A DNA stretch of 63,646 nucleotides from Pelomyxa schiedti (Eukaryota > Protista > Evosea): the NCBI GenBank assembly GCA_020536535.1, contig JAHLWZ010000876.1:1-63646 (forward strand). Reading direction: 5' to 3'. The notes below the pieces were generated by a model. The model saw nothing but the letters and a program-made list of their open reading frames with translations, did not search any database and was not told the DNA's origin. Positions 48,560 through 60,786 of the stretch are shown piece after piece. Positions within the stretch are counted from its first letter, which is position 1; the number at the start of each line of letters is the position of its first letter. The position numbers and the translations under genes are program-made.

Positions 48560-51436
48560 TTTTGTGGTTCTACACCAACTTGGTTCCAGCAGGCGCTCTT
48601 CTGTTTCGGGTCGTATTTGCCTCTGAGACCCACAGCACATACTACTTGAAAAACGCTCTGAGTGTGTCATGGTGGCTGGGGGAACAGATAAGAGCTGGTT
48701 ACTGAGTTCTGAGGTGCCAGAGGGATGGGGCCACCACAGCAGTGCTGACACAAACTCAGGCACTGCAAAAAGGGCTGGGCGGCAGGGCTGAAACCAAGGC
48801 TGAACCAGGTAGATCAATATAAACTCCCTCATTGTTTTTGCTGGAAGCGTGCTAGACTGCTTGAACGTTGTCACCAACGAGACGGTATTCAGATCTGGAA
48901 GCCCTCCCAATATCAAGGCCATGTACAAAGGCATTTGTCTGAGTTAATTGGAATGGGGTTGACAATCTACTGTAGATACTGATGAAGAACTCACCTTGAT
49001 TTACTTTTGTCAATGCCATACATAGAAATCATGCTTTTTGCAAACAATGAGTGAAACAGAGAACAAGGAATAGACTGGTAGTGAGATTGAATTCCTCATT
49101 GTACCCACCAAGGGTCTTGAGCTATCAGCCACTCACATAACTCCCGGGTTTGGTTTGTTGGATTATCTGGGAATGTGGAGCGAAAGGTGGACCACAACCA
49201 ACAAAGAACTTGTCCACAGGCATTTTGATTTGGAATAGTAGTCTGTTTTAAATTAGGCATGATAAAGAAAAAGGGACAGAACTGGTAAGCTGTCTTGGTG
49301 ATTAGTACCTTCAAAAAAAGATCACATTTATACATGGCTTGTATTTTTTGTTGAAGTACCCAAACAGCCAAGAAGCCAGTAGCTAAAGAAGCATCATAAC
49401 TTTGAATGGGTTTTAATGCCTATAGTAATTAATTGACTAAAAAAAATTAATTAACTTCAAAATCTCCCATTCAGAAGAGGAGATAGTTTTGTCCGCTGTG
49501 GGAGTGGTGAGATCTGAAAATGCTGGGTCCACAGAACACGTTGTAAGAGGTGTTTGCAGTTGTACAGCTCTAGTAATCATGAGTCCAGTACTTAGCCAAC
49601 AGGTATCCTACTTGCATCAGGAATAAGGAAAAATATATATCCAACTACAAACCATAATTAATGTGGTTGGTAAATACTACACCTTTTGTATAACAGGTAA
49701 ATTTTGGTCAATGGCATTACTATAGGCAAGTGATAACCTGTGTGCCATACACCATGTATTGGGTGCACCAACCAAGGGACCTATCCCCTTCAAAGCACCA
49801 TCAAAGACAACACCAATTCGTTTTACATTTCTGTGGAATGTAAATTAATATGAAAGAAAAAATAACAGGCCTGAATAAGGGTGCCAATCTCTCATGCCTG
49901 GAACACATACCACTCTCATCTTCAAAACAGCAGCTTTAATGGACTTTCTACCTTTGGGTTTACCAAAAGACTTAAGGTCCCCACAGATCAAGAGAATAAG
50001 CATTAGTCAATGGACTCATGGAAAGTGAAAGTGTGAAGGAAACAATATTTAAATACCATGACTATGAATCTGAGTACACAGCCTCCAACTGCCAAGTCTT
50101 TGTTGAAGAACAAAATCGGGATTGGGAAGTTTGTATCTGTGGGCAGGTGGGATGAGGACCCAGTTGTGGGAGTGATAGGAGAAGTGAGTTGTGATGAGGG
50201 AGTTGCAACCACAGTTGAACCGCTTCTGGAGGAAGAACAAGGAGGTGGGGGGAGTGGCTGTCTCTCCTAGAGGAACCTCTTGGGGTTGTGTTGTAGGTGT
50301 GAGGGTTTTTTGAACTATGGCACCTGTTACAGGTCAGAAAAGCAAGGATACCCTTAAAGGAGGTAACACACCAGTTTTTTTGCCACATACTTTCTCCCAA
50401 TGTCGAATGATCCTGGATGTTGATTTCTTTTTGCACACAACGCTGTAGATTGTACCATTCTGGGAAATCTGTTACTAACATGGTCCAGAGCCAAGGTTTT
50501 AACGCTTTCGGGGTTGTTTTGGCTGCGGTGCAGTGGCAGTCTCCTGCCACTTGTGAAGCTGAAGGTCTGTGTTTGTGTGGCTGTTGCTGAGGAACAGCTT
50601 GTGCTTGCTTTTCTTTGATAGAAGCCACTGCTGTTTTTGTTGTTTCCATGTTTCCAGTTTTTGCAGCCCAGTCAGAGATGGCTTTCCTTTGTGCATTTGC
50701 AGATGACTTTCCTGCAAGCTGTCGGTCTGTGTCAGTGAGATGCAGTGCAGCTTGTAATGTCACCAGCAATTTAGAAGAGAAATGAGAAATCCCCAGATCG
50801 GTAAAACTGTTGTACCTTTTTTGGTGGTTTTAGCACTGAAGTTGTGTGGTTGTAACAGAAGGTGGAGTTTGATGTACTTCTTGAACACCACATGTTGGTA
50901 GGTGTATTCATCTCTTCGAGGTGGTGGAGCTATTGGTACCAACACAGAAAGAGGAACTGTATGTTTTGGTGGGGTAATCTCTTCTTTGGTGAAGCAAGAC
51001 CATACATTTTATGTAACAACTCCAAAAATAAACTCTGCTCTTCAGTGACACAAGAATGAAATAACAGTCAATTCATGCACAATCTTCAATCTTCTCTTTC
51101 TGAGTTGTTGCATAAAATGTATGGTTTTACTTCACCAGAGATTACCCCTTGTGGAATTCTAATTTTCAGAAGAAAGCTTTGGTGGAAGAGGATTTGGGGT
51201 GTCAAAGGTGTTGAAATGTGGAGCCAATGTTATATTTTGGGATAAGGGTGACTGTGGATGTGTGTTAGACCTCGAAACTATCATGCCACAACTTCTTATG
51301 CACTACCACATACCCCAACAGTTTGCCCACAATCAAACAGGTTTTTTGTAATCAATTTAGGAGAATGATACAATCTGGTCCAGGTGCCGGAAAATTGTAC
51401 TTTTTTTTTCTGGCACCCGTCTGGTTACCACCACTT
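48560..51436 (-). mobile_element. Decayed hAT DNA transposon / transposase pseudogene (intron-containing); boundaries approximate
   Basis: Minus-strand fragments in canonical order: BED-like W...LTCNRC (~50310-50390); VVFDGA...WCMAHRLSLA (~49720-49815); DTCWLSTGLMITR...ISSSEWEIL (~49455-49607); dimerisation domain LLWW...LLSVPPATMTHSERFSS...RQIRPET (~48600-48745). Stops and frameshifts lie between fragments, and CpG is strongly depleted. Confidence 0.85.
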
Positions 51437-51807
51437 TTTGGGTTTCCTCAGTCCCAGTGCCTCCTTTTTCACTGGGAACCTCACAGCTCTGTACTACCTT
51501 CTCCCTGGTTCAACATGATTTTGACACCATCTGAATGTTCTTTCACAAGGTCCAGTTTTCTGGCATCCTAAGCAGGGTTAACTCACTATTTGGTTCTCTC
51601 GGGTATGTTTGTTGCTTTTTCATGAGCTTTGAGTCACAACAATCAGCTGCTAATAACGCTGCGCGCATCAGGTCTGTCAATTGCCAAGTATACACACTCT
51701 ACCAGTGCCTGCCATGACTTCAAGACTCTACTTGTTTCTTCACAGAACCAACAACTTGGTTGCACTGTCATAGCTCTTTCTGGGTGTGAGAGAAGGTACC
51801 AATCTTG

Positions 51808-54800
51808 ATGAATGATACAGTTTTGCCAAGGAAGGTTGGGAGCCTTATGCAATGTTATTTGGAGAACCATGATAAACTGGGGAAGACAACTAGAGTTCCC
51901 ATTTTAGGAGGGGTTTACCCCAATGTATGTGACAATACAATGACTCCCTGTCCACAATTTTCAAAGTTAGATAACTATTCCGGTCCCAGTGAGTGTTGCA
52001 CCGAGCCACTAACTTGCACATCTTCACGAACCCGGAACTGCTGGAGAACCTTGAATTTTGGTTCCTCCAGCAGCGGAGAATATCGGAATTGATGAAGGAC
52101 GGGAAGCATTCAGCGATTGACGTGTTCTTCACTGGCCTGGTGTTGTTTTGTGCTGTCGCTGAATGCTCCATCATTGCAGTAGTCGTTCGTAACTGGCGCA
52201 GCATGTGCGTTTAAAAACTTTTCAATGTTTAAAAAACAACGCCAACCCTTACCACTACTAAACGGGGGAAAAAAAAAAATATCCTCAGGTACCTGTCCCT
52301 GACTGACATATCGTTCGAGAAATTTTTCAATGTGTCACAGGACACGAGCTCTCTGCTTTCTTCTGTGATGAAGGGGTTTGGCGAGGCCGCAGAAACCATT
52401 GTGATCACATTCGAGCACTCTCTGGTGACACCACGGATTCCTCTGAGCAGTGAACTCAACTGCTATGGGTTGGCAAATGTTTCTGTTTCTTCTACTGAGT
52501 CCGTGGTCGTTTATGCTTCCTTGAGTGACTTTGGGGGCCCTTCTACAGCTCTATATTTTGCTGACAGGTATATGGTTCTTTTTTTTTTATCTACTGCTGC
52601 ACTGATTTCATGCATTGTCACACATTGCCCTGCAGATACAATGCTTCAACTTTGAGTGCACTTGTTCAGCACCTATTTTGGAGGACTGGGGGACTGGGAT
52701 TGTTGTTGAAAGGAACGTTTGATACATGGAACGGGATAATATTGAACACACTCATAACTTTGGGCTCATTTACTCTTTCTTATCCATTTCGCCCGCTGAA
52801 TGAAAGTGCTGCACTTCCAATTAATAGCAGCTTAACGTCCGATTCAACTCGCCTGTGGGCAAATCCATATTTTGACCAAGTGACACGTCAATGGCTGACG
52901 GCTCTGACATTTCCTGTCCAAGATGTGAGTGAACAAGCCACCACAGGAGAGGCAATTTTCCATTGCACAGTGTTGCCTTTTATTGATTATGCCAGTTCGA
53001 GAATTGCTCTCAATGGTTCCTACATAGTTGTTGCTTCATCCAATGGCTCTTTGCTTCACATACCTGACATGGGAGGAACAGATTGGGCTCCAGAAATAAA
53101 AAATTTCAACTACCAGAGTGTGTGCCAAAGTCAGGACTACAATACTACAAGATGGAACTTCTTGTTGAACGATGTTTATTTACCGCTTGCTGAGGCAATG
53201 TGTCATGGAGCAGAAAGTGTACCAGGATGTCACATTCTTGGTGAAGGCGATGCAGAAGTAGTTTTTTCTGGGAGTTTTATTCCCAAATACGTTAGCTGGG
53301 ACATTGTTCCTCAACCTGGATGGATAGTTATAGTTGTATCAGATCAGACGTTGACACTGGAGGCCAAAGGTAGTGCCAAGAGGCAAACCATGAGTCTTTC
53401 CATCATAGTTTTGAGTATCGGTGCAATGTCATTTCTGGTTTGCTATGTATTAAATTTATCCTCTTTGACTTCCACCCCTCAGAGTGTGTGCATCTATGTG
53501 GGAATCAAGATACATTTGCTTGGAATGGCCAACAAAATTGCTGACCTTAACGATCAATTAAACCAAGTTATGATGCAACAACCATCAAATTCCACTACAG
53601 ACACGGCTATCTATGAAACAGATACCCATATTCTAGCAGGCCACACTGAAAAGGTTTTCATGGCACTCTTTATACGAAGCTCTCAATCATTTCCAGATCA
53701 TTGGGACACTGCAGACTATTTGTAAAGACCTGGATGAAGATGAGGAGAAAAAAGTTCGAGAGGCTATTGATCTCCTCGTTCACAGAAATTTCACAGGTAT
53801 TTCCTGTGCTACATCAATGAACTTATTACAGCATGAGAAAAGATCTCACCTCTATTTCATCATTGAGTGACAAACAAAAGCAATGGGTGCAAGATTGTGG
53901 AATGGAAGTTGGGGAGCTCTCAAGAGAAATTCCCCAACTGCATACAGTTGCACAATCAATGGACGAAGACATGCAGTACAATGAAGAACGTGTGAGTATT
54001 GTAACTTCACTGTCTAGAAGCATCAATCTTAATCAATGGGAATTTGATGTATTTAGTCTGGTGGTATATCTCAACTCTATCTCACTAATAATTGTTGGTT
54101 TTTTTACTTAAGCCCTAGAAAACATGTGGTAGATATTCCCCAGAGGACATATCACAGCTTGGCTTACTCCCAGTTATTACATTGGCTATCTTACGTGAAT
54201 GGAGACTTGGCCCCGAAACTGGCATAGAAATCGATATAGGAAAGTTGCTTCAGTTCTCGTCAACTCTTGATGCTTCATACTGCTACTCTGAAAAAATGAG
54301 TGGCACAAGAGACGCCACAGAGGAAAATCCATTTCATAACAGGTTGCACGCTGCGGATGTGACGCAGTGCATGTTCTTTCTTATTAGGACAATTTCGAAT
54401 TCTACCCGCTTCCGAGATACATTCAGGCCCATTGACCGCTTGGCCTGTCTAGTGGCCAGTTTGGTGCATGATTTTGGTCACCCTGGAAGGAACTATAATT
54501 TCCTGCGAGCAACTATGCACAGGATTTACTATTCTCATGGCAAATCTGCACTTGAGAGATTTCATTTGAAGAGTGCTTTTGACTTGATAATGGGAGACCC
54601 GAAATATGCTGCCTTTGAAAATATGCCCATAAGTCAACAAATTGAGTTGCACTCACTTGTAAGGACTCTCGTTCTGGCTACAGATATGTCCAGGTAGAAA
54701 AATATTTGAAAATATCTGCTCTTCAATAACCCCCCTTTTTAGACATGTAGAACTTCTCGATTCCTTTAAGGCATGGTCTGCAGCACAATTCGGCACTCAG

Positions 54801-55268
54801 GAAAGTGATGGCTCCATTGAAAACCCGGAAGAAAGCGCAATTGATGACAAGGGAAGAATACTTCTAATGCAGATTCTGATCAAAGTAGCCGATTTATCCC
54901 ACACTTTACGGGAGTGGTCTGTGTCCCGCAGATGGTCTCGCCTAATGATGGAAGAAATTCACCAGCAAGGCATTGAAGAGACCAATTTACAGCTACAAGT
55001 TTCACCCTTCATGGATGGGTCTGTATCGGCCGCCGTAACACAGGTATGACAATTCACTCCGAACCCCCGCTCTACATTGTCCGCTTTTCACTCACACTCA
55101 CATTACGGATTTTAGATAAACTTCCTACCTCTGATTGTGATACCTCTTCTTAGAGCTCTGGTGAACCTTCCGGACCTGGCGCCACTAAAAGAACTGGAGC
55201 AACATGCGTGGCGCAATCTGCAGCACTGGACTGAACTGACAACACCCACAATTTTGGCTGTTTTCTAG
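51808..55268 (+). CDS. Transmembrane class I cyclic-nucleotide phosphodiesterase with an extracellular dCache-like domain; start approximate
   Basis: TM1 at ~52117-52190. Cache motifs LWANPYFDQVTRQWLTALTFPV, YIVVASSNGSLLHIP and KYVSWDIVPQPGWIVIVV. TM2 at ~53390-53450. PDE motifs WEFDVF, NPFHNRLHAADV, HDFGHPG, LERFH, LATDM and KVADLSH. Confidence 0.88.
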
Positions 55269-55478
55269 TTGTATTGTAACATAACTTGTTTAGTACTGTT
55301 CTGTGGGTTTTGTCACCCAGCCACAAACGAAAACCCCAACTTAGTTAGTAGTTTCTTAACTGCCAGTAGGGAAGGAAAAAACCAAAAAAGAATCGGAGTG
55401 CTTGCGCCTGACGGTGACAAGAATGGGCTACAAGGCAAAGGGAATCCCCTTCACCCCACAGCAAAATTCGAAGAATGG

Positions 55479-55550
55479 GGGTAAAACTCGGAGTCGAACC
55501 GAGGCGACTGGCACCCAAAGCCAGAATCCTACCAACTAGACTATTTCACC
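55479..55550 (-). tRNA. tRNA-Pro (anticodon TGG), intronless
   Basis: GGTGAAA-TA-GTCTAGTTGGTAGGATT-CTGGC-TTTGGGT-GCCAG-TCGC-CTCGG-TTCGACT-CCGAG-TTTTACC-C. Acceptor, anticodon and T stems pair, A and B boxes are present, and a T-run lies ~12 nt downstream. Confidence 0.93.
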
Positions 55551-55694
55551 GATGTACCGTCACGACATAGGGGCACTCCAGAATCCGAGGGGTTTTGCCG
55601 CACCAACCTGAAACAAATTCATCGCTGCAAAGTACTTATGGGAAGAGTGTTTGTCTGTTAAATTTGGGCTCTATTTTGCTATTAATACGCAGTA

Positions 55695-58040
55695 TCACTC
55701 ATCTGACTTGTGGCTTTGAGTGATAGCTGAGAGTCGGGTGTTGAGTCTGGTTATTTCGGCCTCCGTCTCTTTGAGGCGATTCTCTAGGGTTTCTGATCTG
55801 GCTTCTTCTTTGATTTGTGCGTCTTGTACTGCCTTGAGGGCACGTTCCTGTGGTTTGTGAGTTGGTTTTCCCGTTGAGGTATATTGGATGGAGTTGTACA
55901 GTTTTCTCCAACTTCTCAGTTGCCTGAGAGCGTTGATTGATAGCGTCCTCGGTCAAAGTTTCTGCAGCAGTTAGCTTTGCCCTGAGCAAATCAAGATCGT
56001 TGGTAAATTTCATGATTGTCTGGCGAGCCTGCTCCAGCTGCTCGTCCTTGGACTGAACCTCGGCGTGTTTGGCTGCGTGGTCTCCAGCAGTCTACAATAG
56101 GTGAGTTTTTCTTTATGGCATGAGAAATACCTTCTCGAAGTCAGCTCCAATAGCAGTTAATTTGCGTTGAAGGTCATCAGCTCGGGCTTGGTAAGTATCA
56201 CGTTGTTCCGTCGTTATCTTTAGTTCTGCTTCTTGCTGGGAGCAAACGCTCTCAGAGTGTGACAATTTCTGGCGTAGGGACTGTAGAAGAAAATCAGATC
56301 CATGTTTGACTGGATCAACATGCCTTAATTTCCAGACCAGAACTTTCAGCGACTTGGCTAGCCTGAATGGCATCAGCTTGGACTCCACTGGCACGTTGTT
56401 CAGCTTTCTCGAGACTACAGTGAGGTTATTTTAAGGCAAACAAAAAATAATGAACGTACATTCCCTGTGCCTCTGCAAGTTTATTTTTAGTAGCAAGTAA
56501 TTGCTGCTCAGATGCTTGAAGGGCACTGGTAACTTCTTTGAGCTTTTCTTCAGTTGTCTCAAGCTTCTCTGTGGTCTGATCGAGCTTGACTCTGAGGCCC
56601 TGGAGGGAGTCAACTTGTAAAATGAGGGAACAACCAAAAAACCTTGGCTTCAATTTCCATCTTGTCAGCTCTCTGTAGAGCGTCATTCAAGACATTTTGT
56701 ACGTTTCCTGCTCGTTGTTCGTTGGACTCCGCACCCGTAACTGCAGTAACGATATCTGCACGTAACTTCTTGATGAGGTTCTCAGCCTCAAGAAGTTTTC
56801 CTTTGGTCTCCGTTTCTTCTTGAGCATGGTGTTGCACCTATTTTCGTTTGGAAGTTGTCTAGAGTTTCAAAGGGAAATACTTTTTCTTCAAGGACAGCGG
56901 TTCTCTCTTTGAGTGCCTTGACAGCAATTTCTCTATCATCGGCAGCTTTAACAGCTGTTGCGCGGTCATTTGTTGCAGCTTCAAGGGCTGTGTTGGCCTT
57001 CTCAAGTGCCATATCCAGAGCATTTATCTTTGCTTTGTTTGCACTTATCTGAAACGTATAAGTAGGATGAAACTATTCAACAACACTACAGTTGTTTCAG
57101 CTTTGTGAAGAGATTCTTCCAACTCGACCATCTTGGAGGTAAGATTCTCAGCTGAACCACCAGAGGTCTTGGCAAGCTCGAGAGTTTGTTGGTATTTGCG
57201 CTCAAGGTCCCTCAGCTTGTCTTGGAGGAGATTGGCATTGTCTGTTTCTTCCCTGGCAAGTGAGACAAGGTTAAAATTGGCTGTGGGTTTTTTTTGGTTT
57301 GGTTTGGTTGTAGAGTCATACTTGCACTTAGCCTCAAAAAGTTCAGACTTCTTGCAAGCTTCCTCGTACTTGCTTTGGAGAGTAGTCAATTTGTTTTTAA
57401 GGCTCTCTGCTAACTGCTCTCGTTCTATGGCCTTCTCTTCAGCGGTTGTTGCTCGTTCTTTAGCCTTGGAAGATATAAATTATATGTGGCGGAGTTTCCA
57501 TTGTGGAGATTACCTTCTCGGCATCGGCAACAGCATTGGCAAGTTTCCGTCTAGCATCATCCTGGGATGCTCCAGCACTGTCTGCCTTTCCGGAAGCAGC
57601 TTTAACTTGTTCTTCGGCCTCTTTTGCCCTTGTCTCTGCCTTTGCAAGGTTCGCAACGGTGTTTCGAAGTTTGCGCTCTACGTCATCGTATTTGTGCGTC
57701 AGTTCAGCCGTTTGTGCCTTGCATCTTTCTGCCTCCTCTTTAGCTTGTTGCCACTGCGTTTGCATATTAGCGTGTTTTCTCGAGAGCTCTCCTAGAAAGA
57801 GGAAGGGGAAAGGTGATTGGTTTAAGGTCTAAGATCTGCGATCTACGCAACAAGAAAACTACCTGCTCTGCGCTCGGCATCTTCCAACTTGCTACCGGCC
57901 TCCTTGAACTTGTTTTGCCACTCTTCTGATCGCTTTTCCGATGTCGCTAAGGTGTTGTTGACCACCTTGAGTTTCCTCTCGGCCTCTTCGGCACGTGATT
58001 GCATAGCATCTAATTGTCGTTTAAGATCCGCTGCTGCCAT
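55695..58040 (-). CDS. Long all-coiled-coil protein (tropomyosin/myosin-tail-like), multi-exon
   Basis: Successive exons encode uninterrupted E/K/A/L heptad-rich helices (e.g. RAEEAERKLK, ETRAKEAEEQVK, KLETTEEKLKE). Stop at 55695-55697. Confidence 0.75.
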
Positions 58041-58208
58041 TTTTTCCGTATGTTATCGAGTTGCCACTAGTGCCCGGTTGTTGGCTTGAAACCTTTTTTT
58101 TTTCTTTTTTGTTTCCAACAAACTTTCGAAACCTAAAAAAAGTGACGTTTCGCAGCGGGCGAACGAAAGAAAAAGGCTAACAGATCTTGAGGGAAAAAGG
58201 CTTGTCTG

Positions 58209-60678
58209 TCAGTGATTCGATGTTGGTTTTGCCACTTCAGTCATCACCTCAAAGAGAAGCTCTCTGCTCAAGTCACGGAACTCAGGAGTCCCAACGACGT
58301 CGCGGTAGTTCTCTGCCACACAACGTAACGCGGCGGCGCGCAGCTCGGAGCAGGATTGTGGGTGCTTGTCTGCCATCAGAAGCGCGGCCGTGCAGTTCTG
58401 AGGGCTGAGCTGGGCCATCACCAGCCTGGGGAGATCCGCGGAGATTGGCGAGATCTGGTATCTGTCACTGAGACTCAGAACCTCGTCCGCCACGGCGCAG
58501 AGCTGCTGGGTTTCCGTTGTTGGAAGTTGCAGGGAACTAGTGTAGATCCAGTGCAGCAACACAGTGAAAGCAGCCGCTGTAGTGTTTGTAATCGTGACTT
58601 CTGGAAATGCAATTGAGTTATGGGAAATGATACACGCAACTGACCTAATTGGCCGCTATTAATTGAGCCTGTATTCAGGGCAATTGCACTCAAGCTTTTA
58701 CATCGAGCATGAACAATTGCCTTGTGTGCACGCAGTTGAATTCTTCTTGTTTCGCTGCTCCCAGGTTGGTTTTCCTCGATAATAAAGGTTAGATCAGATA
58801 GCTCGGAGCTATCAAGCAAAGCCAACATGTCACGTGCCAAAGCCAATTGCATTTCATTTTGCGGTGCAGTTGCTGTAGAAGTTCCACTTTGTGTGGAGGC
58901 CGTGGTGATTGTAGTTGGTTGAATAGGAGTCAGTACAGAAGTAGATCCTGGAGCAGAAGCTGTGGAGGAGGATGAAGTTGCCGTCGAGCCGGGTGAAGAA
59001 TTTGTCACTGCAGAGCTACCCAAAGTGGAAGTTGCAGTAGTTGCTGTTAAGACCACAGGAGGTGGAGATAGCATCAGTACCCATAAGTCATTTAGATACC
59101 GGCCACTGGTCCCTCCAAAAATAACCATGCAATCGCCAACTACGGCGGCGGCGTGCTTGCGTCGTGGCGCCGGCATTCCTTCAGGCCCACACTCTGGTCT
59201 CAGGAGGGTCCACACTTCGGTACTAAAGTCGAATCTAAAGGTATCTTGTCTGAAGCCAGATCCAGAAGCATATCCGCCAAAGACTGGGAAGGAGTGTTAA
59301 AGTTTTTTGGTGACTTGTTGAAAGTTTTCAAAATGACTGACCATACATAGCATCGTGCCACGCGACAGCCGAATGTCCATAACGGGCAGAAGGAATGTCA
59401 CCAGTTGCTGTAACCACACTCCATGAATTTGAGTCAAAGTGGTATCTAGTGAGAATGATTTATACTCGGAGAATGAGTTATGTTAAAATGACCTATACAA
59501 GTCACCAAAGGCATTCCTCCCATTATAGCCACCAAAAATGTACATGGAAGCCCCAGCATTTGGATCTTCATGGACTACTGCTGAATGCAACCTCCGAGGT
59601 GATGGGGGGGCGCCATTGGCAGTGTCGTCGTGATTTATCCATAATCTTGATCCAAAGTTGTATGACTGAAGGTCATTCATAACAATTGTGTCATTTGAAC
59701 CACCAAATATCCACATGTGCTCAGCGTGGACAACGGCAGAGTGACCGTCGCGAGCATCGGGAGAAATACCCATAGTGGACATCTCACTCCACATCTAGGA
59801 TAAAATGAGAACGAGGAACCCAATGAACCACAGAGAGTGAAATAGGCACATACATGATTAGCAAAATTGAAACACCAAATGTTATTGAAGTACAGTTGCT
59901 GAGGCAGCTGCGGAGTGGAATAACCAAACGAAGAAAAGAATCCCTTGGGTTTGCTGGCTGGAACTTCCTGAGATCCACCAAATACATACATACAGTCTCG
60001 GAAGCACACTGCACTAAAAGTTTTCAAAATGTCAAAGATTAAAAAAAAAAAAAGCTCAAAAAAAAAAGAGTAAGCACACGTGTGATGGGTCCGTGGGTTA
60101 GCATGGAATCCCATTGTCTGTGATCCAACAGGTAACCACTTGACAGAGGGCCCGCCGCATTCCCCACAAATTCCAGTCCCTTCAACCGTCACACCCGAAT
60201 TCGCAGTTGCAGATTCAGTAGCCCCTCGCCCTGTGGCATTTGCAGTCGCAGGGGGGCCCAGTGAAGTGGTTCCGCACACCCTGCACCTGCAATTATGGGT
60301 GCAGCAGCACACCAAATAGCACGCGTCCAGAGCGGCACAAGGTTGCGGTTGTATCGCCGTCGCCGACGACGACGATCCCATAAGTAGTGATGTGGCAAGG
60401 GAGTCGACTGCCGCGGCGGGGCTTCCGGACTGAGGCGCCGAGTCCACGGATCCCCCGAAAAAGACGACGGACGTGCCGTGAGCTACGACGCCGCTGTGTC
60501 CCTCTTTTGGGGCAGGTGGCATCCCACAAGCCACATTCCTGGTAGTGCTCCTGGTGGGTAGCTCCGACGAGCTAGTCGTAGTGGTTGTTGCTGGCGTAGT
60601 TGCAGTTATGGGAACCTGAGGGGGAGGTGGATACAACCTCCTCCATTGACACCTTTGTGGGGCCGTTGTACCTGCCAT
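58209..60678 (-). CDS. Kelch-repeat + C-terminal BTB protein (LZTR1-like Cul3 adaptor)
   Basis: Six blades of the form P..R..HSAVV....M.IFGG. BTB LSDLTFII...LRAHKAIVHARC...LLHWIYT followed by a BACK-like helix region. Confidence 0.87.
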
Positions 60679-60786
60679 TAGTTTTTGTTTTTGAGCCCGT
60701 TGATTCCTGTAAGTAGAAAAAATTTTGATTTTTTAAACACAGTATGCACAAGGTGAAGGAGGAATTTGTGGTGTGTAATTGTGGGC

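Noticed and set aside
48002-48934. 310-aa ORF as a functional transposase-ankyrin fusion
   Set aside because: The hAT segment and the ankyrin repeats are in different frames, and the downstream part is shadow-frame sequence.
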